A stretch of 64,000 nt of DNA from an uncultured Candidatus Saccharibacteria bacterium (GTDB taxonomy: Bacteria; Patescibacteriota; Dojkabacteria; J137), in assembly GCA_964607415.1 (NCBI GenBank), contig CAZSKK010000001.1:405974-469973 (forward strand), written 5' to 3'. Positions within the stretch are counted from its first letter, which is position 1. Every line of letters starts with the position of its first letter. Shown here one piece after another: positions 37,228-46,904 of this stretch. The notes beneath the pieces are model-generated. The model did not search any database, had not been told where the DNA came from, and was given only the letters and a program-made list of their open reading frames with translations. The position numbers and the translations under genes were made by a program.

Positions 37228-37881
37228 ATGGCAACAATAGCAAGACAAGGTAGTTCTTCAAGTTTAAAATATGTGTATAGACGAATTGCAGCATTTCTGG
37301 CATTTGCTGTATTTTCAATTACAATCCCTCAGGTAAAAGACATATTTGAAAATATTCCCGGTACTATACCAGATAAAAGTAATCCTTCAAGAGGTGTTAG
37401 TTCTGAAGCACATTATATGAATACCTACTCAACAACTCGTTCTCAGGTTTCTTTAGTGGAAGAAAGTATAGACGGAACTTTACGCTTTACAATCGAAGAT
37501 AAAACTAATTTTGTAATAAGAGAAGTAACTAAATCGCAATTTGAAAATTTAATCAAGGAGATGGGCGATCAAGAAACTCCAAATAAAGTTGTCAAAAGAC
37601 AACTTAAGTTGTCCGAAGATCAAATTACTGCCTTTAATAATATTGGATTTGAGCCAATTGAATGTGAGGTTGTAGAAAATCTTGATACCAGCAATACTAC
37701 CGCGGTAAATATAAGACTTTCTGATAGATATATACCTGATCAAACTTGGGAAATAAATTTAAATGGAGACGAATCAGAAGTATTTGCAAGGATAGAAAAT
37801 CCTGAAGAGGTTTTAACAATGCCACTTCCACAATTTGATGAAATGAACAAACCTACTTTCGTGGAACTGTGTGAGGGTTAG
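37228..37881 (+). CDS. Hypothetical membrane-anchored or secreted protein
   Basis: One hydrophobic segment near the N-terminus; start uncertain. Confidence 0.6.
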   Translation: MATIARQGSSSSLKYVYRRIAAFLAFAVFSITIPQVKDIFENIPGTIPDKSNPSRGVSSEAHYMNTYSTTRSQVSLVEESIDGTLRFTIEDKTNFVIREVTKSQFENLIKEMGDQETPNKVVKRQLKLSEDQITAFNNIGFEPIECEVVENLDTSNTTAVNIRLSDRYIPDQTWEINLNGDESEVFARIENPEEVLTMPLPQFDEMNKPTFVELCEG

Positions 37882-38780
37882 GCTTTTATCACAAATATCT
37901 GATAGTAATTGTTCTTACATTCATCTGAGCAAAACGATTTTCCATTCTCATCCAAGCAATTCTCACAGCAAATAAAATGTCTATGTCCCTTACAATGAAT
38001 GTAGTCACAATCAACATAGTTATCTGAAGATTTGCCGCATTTATCACACTTACCTACGATTACATGATTCTTTGAATCCGTATCGAATCCCATTGCCACC
38101 CTTCCATCGAAAACATATAATTTCCCCAAAAAGTCCTCGTTAGGATATTTTTCCATATAACTTACAATACCATCTTTGAGCTGAGATACATCATTAAAAC
38201 CTTTTTTTACCAAATACCCTGAAGCCTTTTCACACCTAACTCCACCTGTACATACTGTAATGATCTTTTTATCTTTTAAATGGGCGATATCTCCTACTAT
38301 ATTGGGTAGATCTCTAAAATTGCTTAGAGCCGGTAGAATTGAGTTTTTGAAATATCCAACCTTATGCTCATAATCATTTCTCATATCAATTATATAAAAC
38401 TCATCTCCCGACTTAAATAAATCATGAAGCTCTTCGGCCGAAATGTACTTACCTGTTGTTTCGATAGGGCTAAAGTCTTCTTCTCCAAGATGCAAACTTA
38501 CAATTTCTGGCCTAACTTTTACCGATATTCGAGGAAATGCATTGCCCGTTCCAGTGCTTTTCTTATACCTCATATCTGCAAACCTGCTATCATTTTGCAT
38601 ATTTTGAATATATCTTTCTGTATCTTCAATCTTTCCTTCCAAAGTACCATTGATGCCTTCTTTAGCTACAATAATTCTGGATTTTAGATTCAAATTTTTG
38701 CAAAGTTCAATTTGATCCTGTCTTAGCTTTTCCGGATCATCTATATTTACATATTTGTAGTATAAAAGAATTTGGAACAT
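37878..38780 (-). CDS. trhO: Rhodanese-related tRNA U34 hydroxylase (YceA/TrhO family)
   Basis: LLYYKY, EGINGT, DMRNDYE, CTGGVRCEKAS, GKLYVFDGR, C-terminal Cys cluster. Confidence 0.9.
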   Translation of the reverse strand: MFQILLYYKYVNIDDPEKLRQDQIELCKNLNLKSRIIVAKEGINGTLEGKIEDTERYIQNMQNDSRFADMRYKKSTGTGNAFPRISVKVRPEIVSLHLGEEDFSPIETTGKYISAEELHDLFKSGDEFYIIDMRNDYEHKVGYFKNSILPALSNFRDLPNIVGDIAHLKDKKIITVCTGGVRCEKASGYLVKKGFNDVSQLKDGIVSYMEKYPNEDFLGKLYVFDGRVAMGFDTDSKNHVIVGKCDKCGKSSDNYVDCDYIHCKGHRHFICCENCLDENGKSFCSDECKNNYYQIFVIKA

Positions 38781-38877
38781 AAGGTATTATTTATGCTGAT
38801 TTAATAAATGAAATTATACACAAGGGGCGCTTGAACATGCAACTACCTACCATTATGATCTCATGCGATATTACAAT

Positions 38878-40656
38878 TTATTTTGTAGGGACAGCAAGAT
38901 AATCTTTGATAGCTGCAAACGTTTCTAACCAAACAAGCCTGGTGTTATTGTAAGCAATTTTGGCACCTTGCGGCTTTTGAGGTTTTTCAAGTCTCACAAA
39001 CATTACGAACTTTCTTTCTGGCGATCCATCAAACCCAACATATGTTCCATTAATGTCATCGGTGTATCCAGTACTTTCAGCTATAAGCGCAGTTCCTGAT
39101 TTCATTCCAATATTGTAGTTCAATAAGTCATGATAATAATATTCGTACATTCCAATACTTGCTTGAAATCCTCTATGCATTATGTCTATCATCGTATTTG
39201 CAGTTTCTTCTTTAATAACTCTTTCTACTTGTTCTGGTTTATACTCTCTTACATTGCCTTCACTATCCTCAACCTTGGTTACAATATATGGCTTCATCCT
39301 AACACCTTTATTTGGAATTGCACCAACTCCGGCTGTAGCCTGGACAGCGTTAATTAAATAACCATGTCCATATGAGTAAGCTGAAACATCTCCTGTATTC
39401 CACTGCACATAGTTTTTTAAGTTACCTATAGATTCTCCTGTAAGATCAATTCCAGTTGAATTCCCAACTCCAAATGCCTTAAGGTAATTATACATATCTA
39501 ATCTTTCCATTTTTTCTGCCAGATGATAAAAGCATAAATTATCAGATTTTATAAAACATTCTGTTACACTCATGGCAGGTTGTGGTTTTTTATCCCATGT
39601 ACACACAGGAAGCAAATCTCTATGAATTTTTTCGCAACCTTGGTGACCATTTGGAAGAACAACACTGTCAGGTGTTACGACACCCAAATCTAAGGCAGAA
39701 GATAATGTAAAAGTCTTTCCAACCGATCCAATTTCAAAAGGAGAAGAAATTGCTATATTACCAAACTTTGAAGGGTCAGTTTCTCTAACATTAGGGTCAA
39801 AGGTTGGATAATTAGCCAAAGCCATTATTTGGCCTGTCTTAGGATCCATAACAACAATTGTTCCCGATTTAGCTTCATAATTCTCAACGCCCCATTTTAC
39901 TTTTTCCTCAATAATTTGTTGAAGTTTCTTATCAATTGATGTATAGATTGAGCTACCATTTTTTGGCTCAATTGTAGGAAGCAGTGCCGTAGAAATTACC
40001 TCACCAATAGCATTATCTTCTTGGATAACGTAACCTTTGATTGGGTTCAATACACCATCCCAGTAAGCTTCTAATCCGCTTTGACCAATAACTTCATCTT
40101 TATAATTTTTAGTAAGACCAATTACTTGTGAGGCTAGCACTCCTTCCGGGTATTTTCTTTGTGTAGAAACTTCAAATGTGTATCCACCTAAAAATCTTTT
40201 AACATTTCTCTCTGTTTTTAAATTTGTAAGTTCTTCCCATTTTTCTGAGGATAGACCTTTTGCAACTTGAAACCATTTGATGTTATTTTTTATGTAGTAA
40301 TTATCAATAACTTCTTGAAGATTTTCAGATGATGTATCAATAATTGGTGCAACCTTTGCAAGAAATTCCTCTCTGGTTTGAAACCCTTTATCCTCAAAAA
40401 ATAAAAGATCATCCATCCAGATATACATATCAAAAGTTACTTCCGAGTATGAAAGTGTAGTCCCATCCCTTGCATAAATTGTTCCTCTAACGGAATTTAT
40501 TTCTGAACTATAAATCTTGTTCTTTTGAATTTCTTCAAATTTTGCCGACTGTACTATTTGCAACCTAGCAGAAGCAATTATTAAACTTGCTGCAAATATA
40601 AATCCTAGAAAATAAATTTTTTTTAGTTTTTTTCTCAATGAAATTTCCTTTGCCAT
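38878..40656 (-). CDS. ftsI: Class B penicillin-binding protein (FtsI-like)
   Basis: RGTIY dimerisation domain; SVGK, SDN and KSGT motifs; follows mraZ-rsmH-ftsL. Confidence 0.88.
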   Translation of the reverse strand: MAKEISLRKKLKKIYFLGFIFAASLIIASARLQIVQSAKFEEIQKNKIYSSEINSVRGTIYARDGTTLSYSEVTFDMYIWMDDLLFFEDKGFQTREEFLAKVAPIIDTSSENLQEVIDNYYIKNNIKWFQVAKGLSSEKWEELTNLKTERNVKRFLGGYTFEVSTQRKYPEGVLASQVIGLTKNYKDEVIGQSGLEAYWDGVLNPIKGYVIQEDNAIGEVISTALLPTIEPKNGSSIYTSIDKKLQQIIEEKVKWGVENYEAKSGTIVVMDPKTGQIMALANYPTFDPNVRETDPSKFGNIAISSPFEIGSVGKTFTLSSALDLGVVTPDSVVLPNGHQGCEKIHRDLLPVCTWDKKPQPAMSVTECFIKSDNLCFYHLAEKMERLDMYNYLKAFGVGNSTGIDLTGESIGNLKNYVQWNTGDVSAYSYGHGYLINAVQATAGVGAIPNKGVRMKPYIVTKVEDSEGNVREYKPEQVERVIKEETANTMIDIMHRGFQASIGMYEYYYHDLLNYNIGMKSGTALIAESTGYTDDINGTYVGFDGSPERKFVMFVRLEKPQKPQGAKIAYNNTRLVWLETFAAIKDYLAVPTK

Positions 40657-40661
40657 CTCTA

Positions 40662-40976
40662 TTACGGTATTAACGCTACATCTTCATTTTCAGGATTAGT
40701 TAAGAAGTTTACACTTTTAGACTCAAGCCCTTTTTTTTCAATTAAAGGACTTATATTTTTAAACGATTTCATGTCATCAATTTCTGCATTCAGAATTTCA
40801 TTTTCCAATCTTAATTCTGATTTTTTTTCTCTAATTGCTTCTAGCTCTGAACTTTTTGTTCCCAACATTGAAGTAATAGCAATTTGAAAAATAAAAAATA
40901 GTGCCATCAATACCAGGTTGAAGGCAATAAGTCTTTTGTTAAATTTTTTGAAAATTAAGGTGTTGGATTCTCTCAT
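40662..40976 (-). CDS. ftsL: Cell division protein FtsL-like
   Basis: TM plus coiled coil; located between rsmH and the PBP gene. Confidence 0.7.
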   Translation of the reverse strand: MRESNTLIFKKFNKRLIAFNLVLMALFFIFQIAITSMLGTKSSELEAIREKKSELRLENEILNAEIDDMKSFKNISPLIEKKGLESKSVNFLTNPENEDVALIP

Positions 40977-41941
40977 TTTATTTTTTGTATTGCCCAGAGT
41001 TTTGCACTTCTGGCTCTTAGGTTTAAAGTTAATTCTTCAACAGTTGGAGTTTTGAAATAGTCGCCAAAACTTCCAACTAATGATTTGTATTTATTGGTAG
41101 ATAAAACCTTCTTAACACTATCTTCTACAAACCTTTCTTCAATGCTATGAAAAGTAATGAATGTTACCAATCCGTTTAAAGATAGTTCCGAATAAATGTT
41201 TTTCAAGAGTTCTTCAAGTGAAAGAAGTTCCTGATTAACAGCAATTCTTAGCGCTTGAAAAACTCTTGCCTTATTTTTTAAAGATGCTCGCGAACCATAA
41301 CTTTCTTTTCCCCAAAGTTTTTCAATAATTTGGGTGAGATCTTTAGTTTTTAAAAAAGGTTTTTGTTTTCTTAACTTTAATATTTCATTTACTAGTTTAC
41401 TGTTTTCACTCCCTTTTATATCTGCGTACCTATCAAACATTTTAGAAAGCTCGGTCTTATTTAAAACATTCAAAAGATCCGAAGCCTTCACCCCTAAACT
41501 TTTATCTAGTCTCATATCCAACTCTTCTTCATTTTTATCGAATGAAAGCCCTTCGATTTTTCCAAGTTGATCCGTGGACCACCCTAAGTCTACAATAACT
41601 CCATCAAGTGACTTAATTTTCAGAAACTTTAAATTTTCTTCAAGTCTTGAGAAATTACTGTTTACTAAAACTACTTTTAAACTTTTATTTTTTATGTAAA
41701 CTTGGGTGTTCTCTTCTTTGTGAACTTCTTGCAATTTAAAATTATTTGTCCTGAGTCTTTTTTCAAATTCCCCAATAGCATTTTTATCAATATCAAAACA
41801 AATCAATGTACCTTTAGTCAGCTTTTCTAAAATCATCCATGAATGGCCACCGCTTCCAAGTGTTAAATCAGCAAAAACCTTACCGTTTGTAACACAAAGA
41901 AGCTTTTCTATTTCCTTTTTAAAAACAGGAATGTGCTCCAT
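40973..41941 (-). CDS. rsmH: 16S rRNA m4C1402 methyltransferase
   Basis: HIPV, DLTLGSGGHS, DLGWSTDQL, LDMR, FQALRIAVNQEL, ARSAKL. Confidence 0.96.
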   Translation of the reverse strand: MEHIPVFKKEIEKLLCVTNGKVFADLTLGSGGHSWMILEKLTKGTLICFDIDKNAIGEFEKRLRTNNFKLQEVHKEENTQVYIKNKSLKVVLVNSNFSRLEENLKFLKIKSLDGVIVDLGWSTDQLGKIEGLSFDKNEEELDMRLDKSLGVKASDLLNVLNKTELSKMFDRYADIKGSENSKLVNEILKLRKQKPFLKTKDLTQIIEKLWGKESYGSRASLKNKARVFQALRIAVNQELLSLEELLKNIYSELSLNGLVTFITFHSIEERFVEDSVKKVLSTNKYKSLVGSFGDYFKTPTVEELTLNLRARSAKLWAIQKIK

Positions 41942-41968
41942 TATTCTATAATTCAAAATTAGTATTCC

Positions 41969-42388
41969 TTATTTAAGACCTTCGGCAATACCTTCAATAT
42001 TCCTTGATAAATTTTCAAGATGTTCTTCCCATTCTTCAAAATCCCAAAGTTCAAACCATTCACCTACACCAATAAAAACTACCCTATTTTTTAAATGTGC
42101 AAATTTTATTAATGACTCCGGTATTACAAATCTCCCTTGTGAATCAAGTTCAATTTCTTGCATTCCACCCACCAAAAATCTTTTTAGTTCCCTTACGTCT
42201 TTACTTACTAGACTGGGAAACTTAAAGTCATTTTTTACTTTGTTCCAAGATACTTGATCCAAAAGCATTAAACTTTTTTCAAAGCCTCTTGTAATTAACA
42301 AAGTGTCGTTAACTTTATCCCTTAATTTTTTAGGGATAGCTATTCTATTTTTTTCTCCTATTTGAGAATAATATTCACCTATGAACAT
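41969..42388 (-). CDS. mraZ: Transcriptional regulator MraZ
   Basis: MFIGEY, RIAIP, DSQGRFVIP, GVGEWFELWD. Confidence 0.95.
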   Translation of the reverse strand: MFIGEYYSQIGEKNRIAIPKKLRDKVNDTLLITRGFEKSLMLLDQVSWNKVKNDFKFPSLVSKDVRELKRFLVGGMQEIELDSQGRFVIPESLIKFAHLKNRVVFIGVGEWFELWDFEEWEEHLENLSRNIEGIAEGLK

Positions 42389-42462
42389 TGAAAAAGAGGT
42401 AAGTGGAAAGATTTACAGTAAAAATAGTTAAAAGTGCATTGACTGTAAATGAAATTTGGCAG

Positions 42463-42524
42463 TTTCACCACTTTTCACCACTTCTTCATAGATATATATT
42501 ATAGATATTTAAAATTTGTGTCAA
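42463..42524 (-). promoter_or_regulatory. dcw promoter (TTGACA-17-TAATAT) with tandem AGTGGTGAAA repeats (likely MraZ boxes)
   Basis: Two 10-bp GTGG-containing direct repeats at 42463-42482; -35 at 42519-42524. Confidence 0.7.
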
Positions 42525-42750
42525 GAAAAAGCTGGAAGAATTTATGAATATTGAACGTTTAAAGATTAGGGGATGTAAGATGATTTGTGGCAGAAACAAG
42601 GTTTTAACTCGAAACAACTTTTAAGAAGAAACTGGAAGACCAAAACCGGAGAGCAGATATAAAGATTATATGAATCACTAATTCAAAAATAAAATACGGT
42701 TAAAAACTGAAAACCATTTTTGTTCCATATCTTTTAATTCCTCGCTACCA

Positions 42751-44733
42751 TCATTTTATTTTCCATTCCCAAACATTTCTAAATCTGTCCTCCACACTTA
42801 CTTTGCCCTCAAGATCAATGTTTTTAAGCTTGTTGCTGTAGTAGTAGATATATTGAGGGTGGTAAAGAAAAACAACAGGAGCATCTGCAGCTAACAATTC
42901 TTGAAAAGAATCGTAATTAATTTTCCTCGAGTCCTTTGCGGCATCTGGATCAAAAGTTCTTGTTTGCTCTAAAAGTCTATCGACCTTTGGAAGTCTAACA
43001 ATACTACTTTCACCTTCCTGCCTATTTTCTCTTGGCTTAACTGTTTCTTCCGATCCTTGATATCCCGCAATGTTTAGTCCTGGATGAACCTGTTGACTGC
43101 TATGAAAAAGTTCATATCGATCTGGATCTATAAAAGTATTCATTCCGTAAAGCAATACATCAAATGATCTTGGGGCTAGAAGTTCATTATTTAGCTCATT
43201 CAGTGACCAACCAGAACTGGCAGTTGGTGAAGTATCCTGCCCTGTTTGTTGCCTTCTATCTATAATCACATTTATTCCAATATTTTCTAGATCCTGCTTT
43301 ATAGCTTTAGCTACATTTAGTCGATCGAAGCTATCTACAAAATACAAGGCAAATTTCAGTTCTTGTCCGGTCTCATTTGTTCTGTATTTACTACCTGCTT
43401 TTAAAACCCAACCAGCTTCATCCAGCAACTGTTTTGCAAGATTTGGATTGTACGTATACCAGCCAGCATTGGCATTAAAAAAGTAAGATCTTTGCTGAAT
43501 AGGTCCAAATGCTTCTTGACCAGCACCTAAAAGTGCATTATTTATTATGTTTTGCCTATCAATCCCAGAAGAAATTGCCCGTCTTACTTTAACGTCTTGC
43601 AGAAATTCAGGACCAATAGATTTGCCGTCAGGGTTTTTTCTAAGATTAAAATATAATCCCCAATATTGCGAGTCTATGACAGAACTTTTCTGGATTACAA
43701 TCTTTGAATAGGACTTAACTTCATTTAAATACTCTACTGAAACCGCAGCTAGCGTATGTACCTCACCATTTTCGATGGCCGTAATAGCATCTCTTAAGTT
43801 TTTGTAAAATCTGAAGTCTATCTTTCTTATAGAAGGAACCTGATCTAAATTATAATAATCGTTATTAGCCTCAAGCGTAACTTGATCATCACTAGCCCCT
43901 GCAAATTTATATCTGCCTGTACCAATTGGTGATCTAAAAAGCATTGGTACCGCAGTGTTAACAGTTTGAGAATTTATATCTGCAATGTACTTTTGAGGTA
44001 AAATTTTAATACTGATTAATTCCAGAAAGTTCGAAAAGATAGGGTTATTAAGTCTTTGATCGCATGATAGATCTTCTTCTCCTTGAGATTTAGTACAAAC
44101 CCTCAAGTTGTAATCATCAATTTTTTCCCATTGCAGTTGACTAATCGCTTTAATGTATGCGTTTGAAACGTTTAGCTTGGATACTGTTTCAAAAGTTGAG
44201 ATAACATCATCTGCTGTGAAAATAGAACCGTCATGCCATTTTACATTTCTTCTTAGCTGAAACTGATAATCTGCTCCTTGTCTTATTCTGATTACTTCAC
44301 TAGCCAAAACACCTTCTACAGAAACTGTCCAGCTCTTATCTTCCTTTTGAACAAACTCATACCTAATTAAAGGCTCATAGATAAGTTCTATTAGGTCCTT
44401 TTCCAGCTGAATATTAGAAGGGACTACAGGGTTAACTTTATTTAGTCTCTGAATATTTCCATCACTATCCACCCCCATCACAACCGCCTCTACTAACTTA
44501 GTATCGTGTAAGCCGAGTACCTGTGAGATTGGATTTAGTAAAATTGTGATAGAAAAAAGTACGATTAGAAAAGCTGAAAGCAAAAAATGTGAGAACGGGA
44601 TTGAAACTTTATAGAACCTTGTTATATGATATCTTAAAGAATTTTTTTCGGAAAGCATTAAGTCAGGATACTCCCAAAGAAGATCCCTGGCTTTGTAAAT
44701 AATGTTTTCGAGTAATTTTAATGGATTAGGCAT
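42751..44733 (-). CDS. Peptide/nickel ABC substrate-binding protein family 5, membrane-anchored
   Basis: IYEPL, LRRNVKWHDGSIFTADDV, PIGTGRY, VRRAISSGIDR, AKQLLDEAGW. Confidence 0.9.
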   Translation of the reverse strand: MPNPLKLLENIIYKARDLLWEYPDLMLSEKNSLRYHITRFYKVSIPFSHFLLSAFLIVLFSITILLNPISQVLGLHDTKLVEAVVMGVDSDGNIQRLNKVNPVVPSNIQLEKDLIELIYEPLIRYEFVQKEDKSWTVSVEGVLASEVIRIRQGADYQFQLRRNVKWHDGSIFTADDVISTFETVSKLNVSNAYIKAISQLQWEKIDDYNLRVCTKSQGEEDLSCDQRLNNPIFSNFLELISIKILPQKYIADINSQTVNTAVPMLFRSPIGTGRYKFAGASDDQVTLEANNDYYNLDQVPSIRKIDFRFYKNLRDAITAIENGEVHTLAAVSVEYLNEVKSYSKIVIQKSSVIDSQYWGLYFNLRKNPDGKSIGPEFLQDVKVRRAISSGIDRQNIINNALLGAGQEAFGPIQQRSYFFNANAGWYTYNPNLAKQLLDEAGWVLKAGSKYRTNETGQELKFALYFVDSFDRLNVAKAIKQDLENIGINVIIDRRQQTGQDTSPTASSGWSLNELNNELLAPRSFDVLLYGMNTFIDPDRYELFHSSQQVHPGLNIAGYQGSEETVKPRENRQEGESSIVRLPKVDRLLEQTRTFDPDAAKDSRKINYDSFQELLAADAPVVFLYHPQYIYYYSNKLKNIDLEGKVSVEDRFRNVWEWKIK

Positions 44734-44959
44734 TTACAACAGCAATTGAAATTGCAAGTATACCAAATAGAATTCCAAGAATAATAGTGCTGTTATATAA
44801 AAAAGCTTCCAGGCCTCTTTTAGATCGGTAAAACTCCCCCCCACTCACTCCACCAAAAACCTGCCCTATACCTCCTCCTCTTACTTGAAGAACAACTGTA
44901 AAAACGAGAAGTACAGAAACTATAGCAATTGCATATTTTAGAATATCCGATAAATTCAT
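44726..44959 (-). CDS. secG: Preprotein translocase subunit SecG
   Basis: Two TMs, LQVRGGGIGQVFGG, RGLEAFLYNST. Confidence 0.9.
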   Translation of the reverse strand: MNLSDILKYAIAIVSVLLVFTVVLQVRGGGIGQVFGGVSGGEFYRSKRGLEAFLYNSTIILGILFGILAISIAVVNA

Positions 44960-45051
44960 CTTAAATGCTAATAAAGAATAAATATTAATATGTGTCGTAA
45001 CATTAAAAAATTATAATGTTGTAAAGTTCTGTAGTTACAACGTTATAACGC

Positions 45052-45453
45052 TTATTTGCTTTTACTCATCGTATCTAGCACAACACTTAACACAGCAGAA
45101 GTAACACTCAAAACCACAAGTGCAACTGTTTTATCTTTTAGAGTAAATGTTAAGTCAGAGATTCCGAAATTTACACTGCCGCCAGAAATAGTAATGAACT
45201 CAATTACATAAAGCCCTAAAAAGAAAAACAGAAATGAGGCTATAACTCCTATCAATAACAAAGAGCCAGTATTGACAGGAATTTTTAAAAATTTAAGAAA
45301 GTTTGGTAATAACATCATAACTACTCCAAAGATAGTACCTACAATTACTTTATCTAAAACGGTGTTATCGTTAACATTGATTGTTCCTGCAAATATTGCA
45401 ACAAGAAAAAAGAATAATAAAAGATTTCTTATTACTACGTAGGCTTGTTTCAT
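45052..45453 (-). CDS. Four-TM membrane protein (YvlD/phage-holin-like)
   Basis: Four hydrophobic segments with PNFLKFLKIPVN; family call tentative. Confidence 0.6.
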   Translation of the reverse strand: MKQAYVVIRNLLLFFFLVAIFAGTINVNDNTVLDKVIVGTIFGVVMMLLPNFLKFLKIPVNTGSLLLIGVIASFLFFFLGLYVIEFITISGGSVNFGISDLTFTLKDKTVALVVLSVTSAVLSVVLDTMSKSK

Positions 45454-45763
45454 CTGTAAGAAATAAATAAAAAGTAATTTGTATATCTATAATTTTAACA
45501 ACAACAGGACAATATGGCTAGATAGCGAGAAAAGATTCAAGAATTAAGATTAAGGAATAGTTTTGGATTTAGTCCGTAAGTTTCCAAACCAAATTATATT
45601 CCGCCACAAGCTTGTAATGATATTAATCATAGAAGCCTAAACTTGCCAATCACAAAGCTCAAAGCATTCAAAATAATATAAAAATCGAAATGACTAATCT
45701 AGAACTTAAGTTTTAATATTAGGATATTATTTTGATGTTTGAACTTTGATGTTAACCTCACAG

Positions 45764-46822
45764 CTATCTTATGTACCGCCTAATTGATATATAGCTACTC
45801 ACAGATCCTATTATAAACCCTATTGCTGCTAGTCCAAAAACCAGTCCTGCAAGCATTAAAGAATTAATTTCGGGCCAACTTAACTTGCTAAAGTTTTCAA
45901 AGGCAAATTTTGCAAGCACAGAATCTTCATTAATTACAAACGTAAAGGTTAGAATCCATCCTATTATTAGCGAAGAAATCAAAGAACCTATAAAGCCATA
46001 AAATCCACCTTCTAGAATGTATGGTGCTCGAATAAAGTATAAGCTACCCCCTACTAGCTGCATTACTCCTATTTCTTCCATTTGGTTAGAAAGCCTGAAC
46101 TCAACTGTTAAGAAAATAAAAAAGAAGATGACTATAAATAAAAGTCCAATAACAGCAAGTCCAACAAGTCTTATAGCAAAGAATACCACCCTAAGTTGAT
46201 CCAAGTTCTCATCATCAACTTTTAACTTAATTGGTGGGTCTCCTGGTTCCACCGAATATTTATACTTTTTTAAGTTACTAGTATTATCCAACGCTTGTCC
46301 TACACTAGAATCACTAGTTTGTGCTGTTTCAGATTGTGTAGACTCAGTCGTATCAAAAATCTCTAAGTTTCTATTGGCTTCATCTACGTCTTCCTGCAAA
46401 ACACTTGTTATCTTGTCCAGGTCTTCCAAACTCCAAATTTGAATATCAAGGCTGGAAGGTAGTTTTTTCTCAGAAGAGCTTTTTAAAATTGCATAAATTT
46501 CTGGTCTTACTTTTGAAGTAAAATCGCTATAATCTGAGTATGCCTGTTCTTCCGTTGTGTAAGAAATGTTTTTGATATATGGGCTTTGCTCCCATTTTAA
46601 CTTAAGATCATCAATTATTTGTCTGTCCATCCCAACCTCGAAAAATACTAACATATTACTTTTTTGTTCTATAAACCTTATATATAGGTCAGAAACGTAC
46701 GCAAGACCTCCAAAAATGCTTGCAACCAGGAAAGCTAACATCATTACACTAATAGCCCCCCATCCTGACCAACCGCTTCGGGAAATTTGTTTTTTTGTGT
46801 TTATTAAAATTCTACTTAACAT
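45764..46822 (-). CDS. ftsX: Cell division permease FtsX
   Basis: EEIGVMQLVGGSLYFIRAPYILEG; directly downstream of ftsE. Confidence 0.9.
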   Translation of the reverse strand: MLSRILINTKKQISRSGWSGWGAISVMMLAFLVASIFGGLAYVSDLYIRFIEQKSNMLVFFEVGMDRQIIDDLKLKWEQSPYIKNISYTTEEQAYSDYSDFTSKVRPEIYAILKSSSEKKLPSSLDIQIWSLEDLDKITSVLQEDVDEANRNLEIFDTTESTQSETAQTSDSSVGQALDNTSNLKKYKYSVEPGDPPIKLKVDDENLDQLRVVFFAIRLVGLAVIGLLFIVIFFFIFLTVEFRLSNQMEEIGVMQLVGGSLYFIRAPYILEGGFYGFIGSLISSLIIGWILTFTFVINEDSVLAKFAFENFSKLSWPEINSLMLAGLVFGLAAIGFIIGSVSSYISIRRYIR

Positions 46823-46904
46823 AAATTTGAATATTGATTTTAGAATATAGTTTGTTATAAGCTAGTAACGTTCTAGCGTTTAAATGTTAGAACTTTTAAC
46901 AATT

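Noticed and set aside
45052-45453. Prophage (holin-like gene)
   Set aside because: No other phage genes; it sits between ftsX and secG as an ordinary membrane protein
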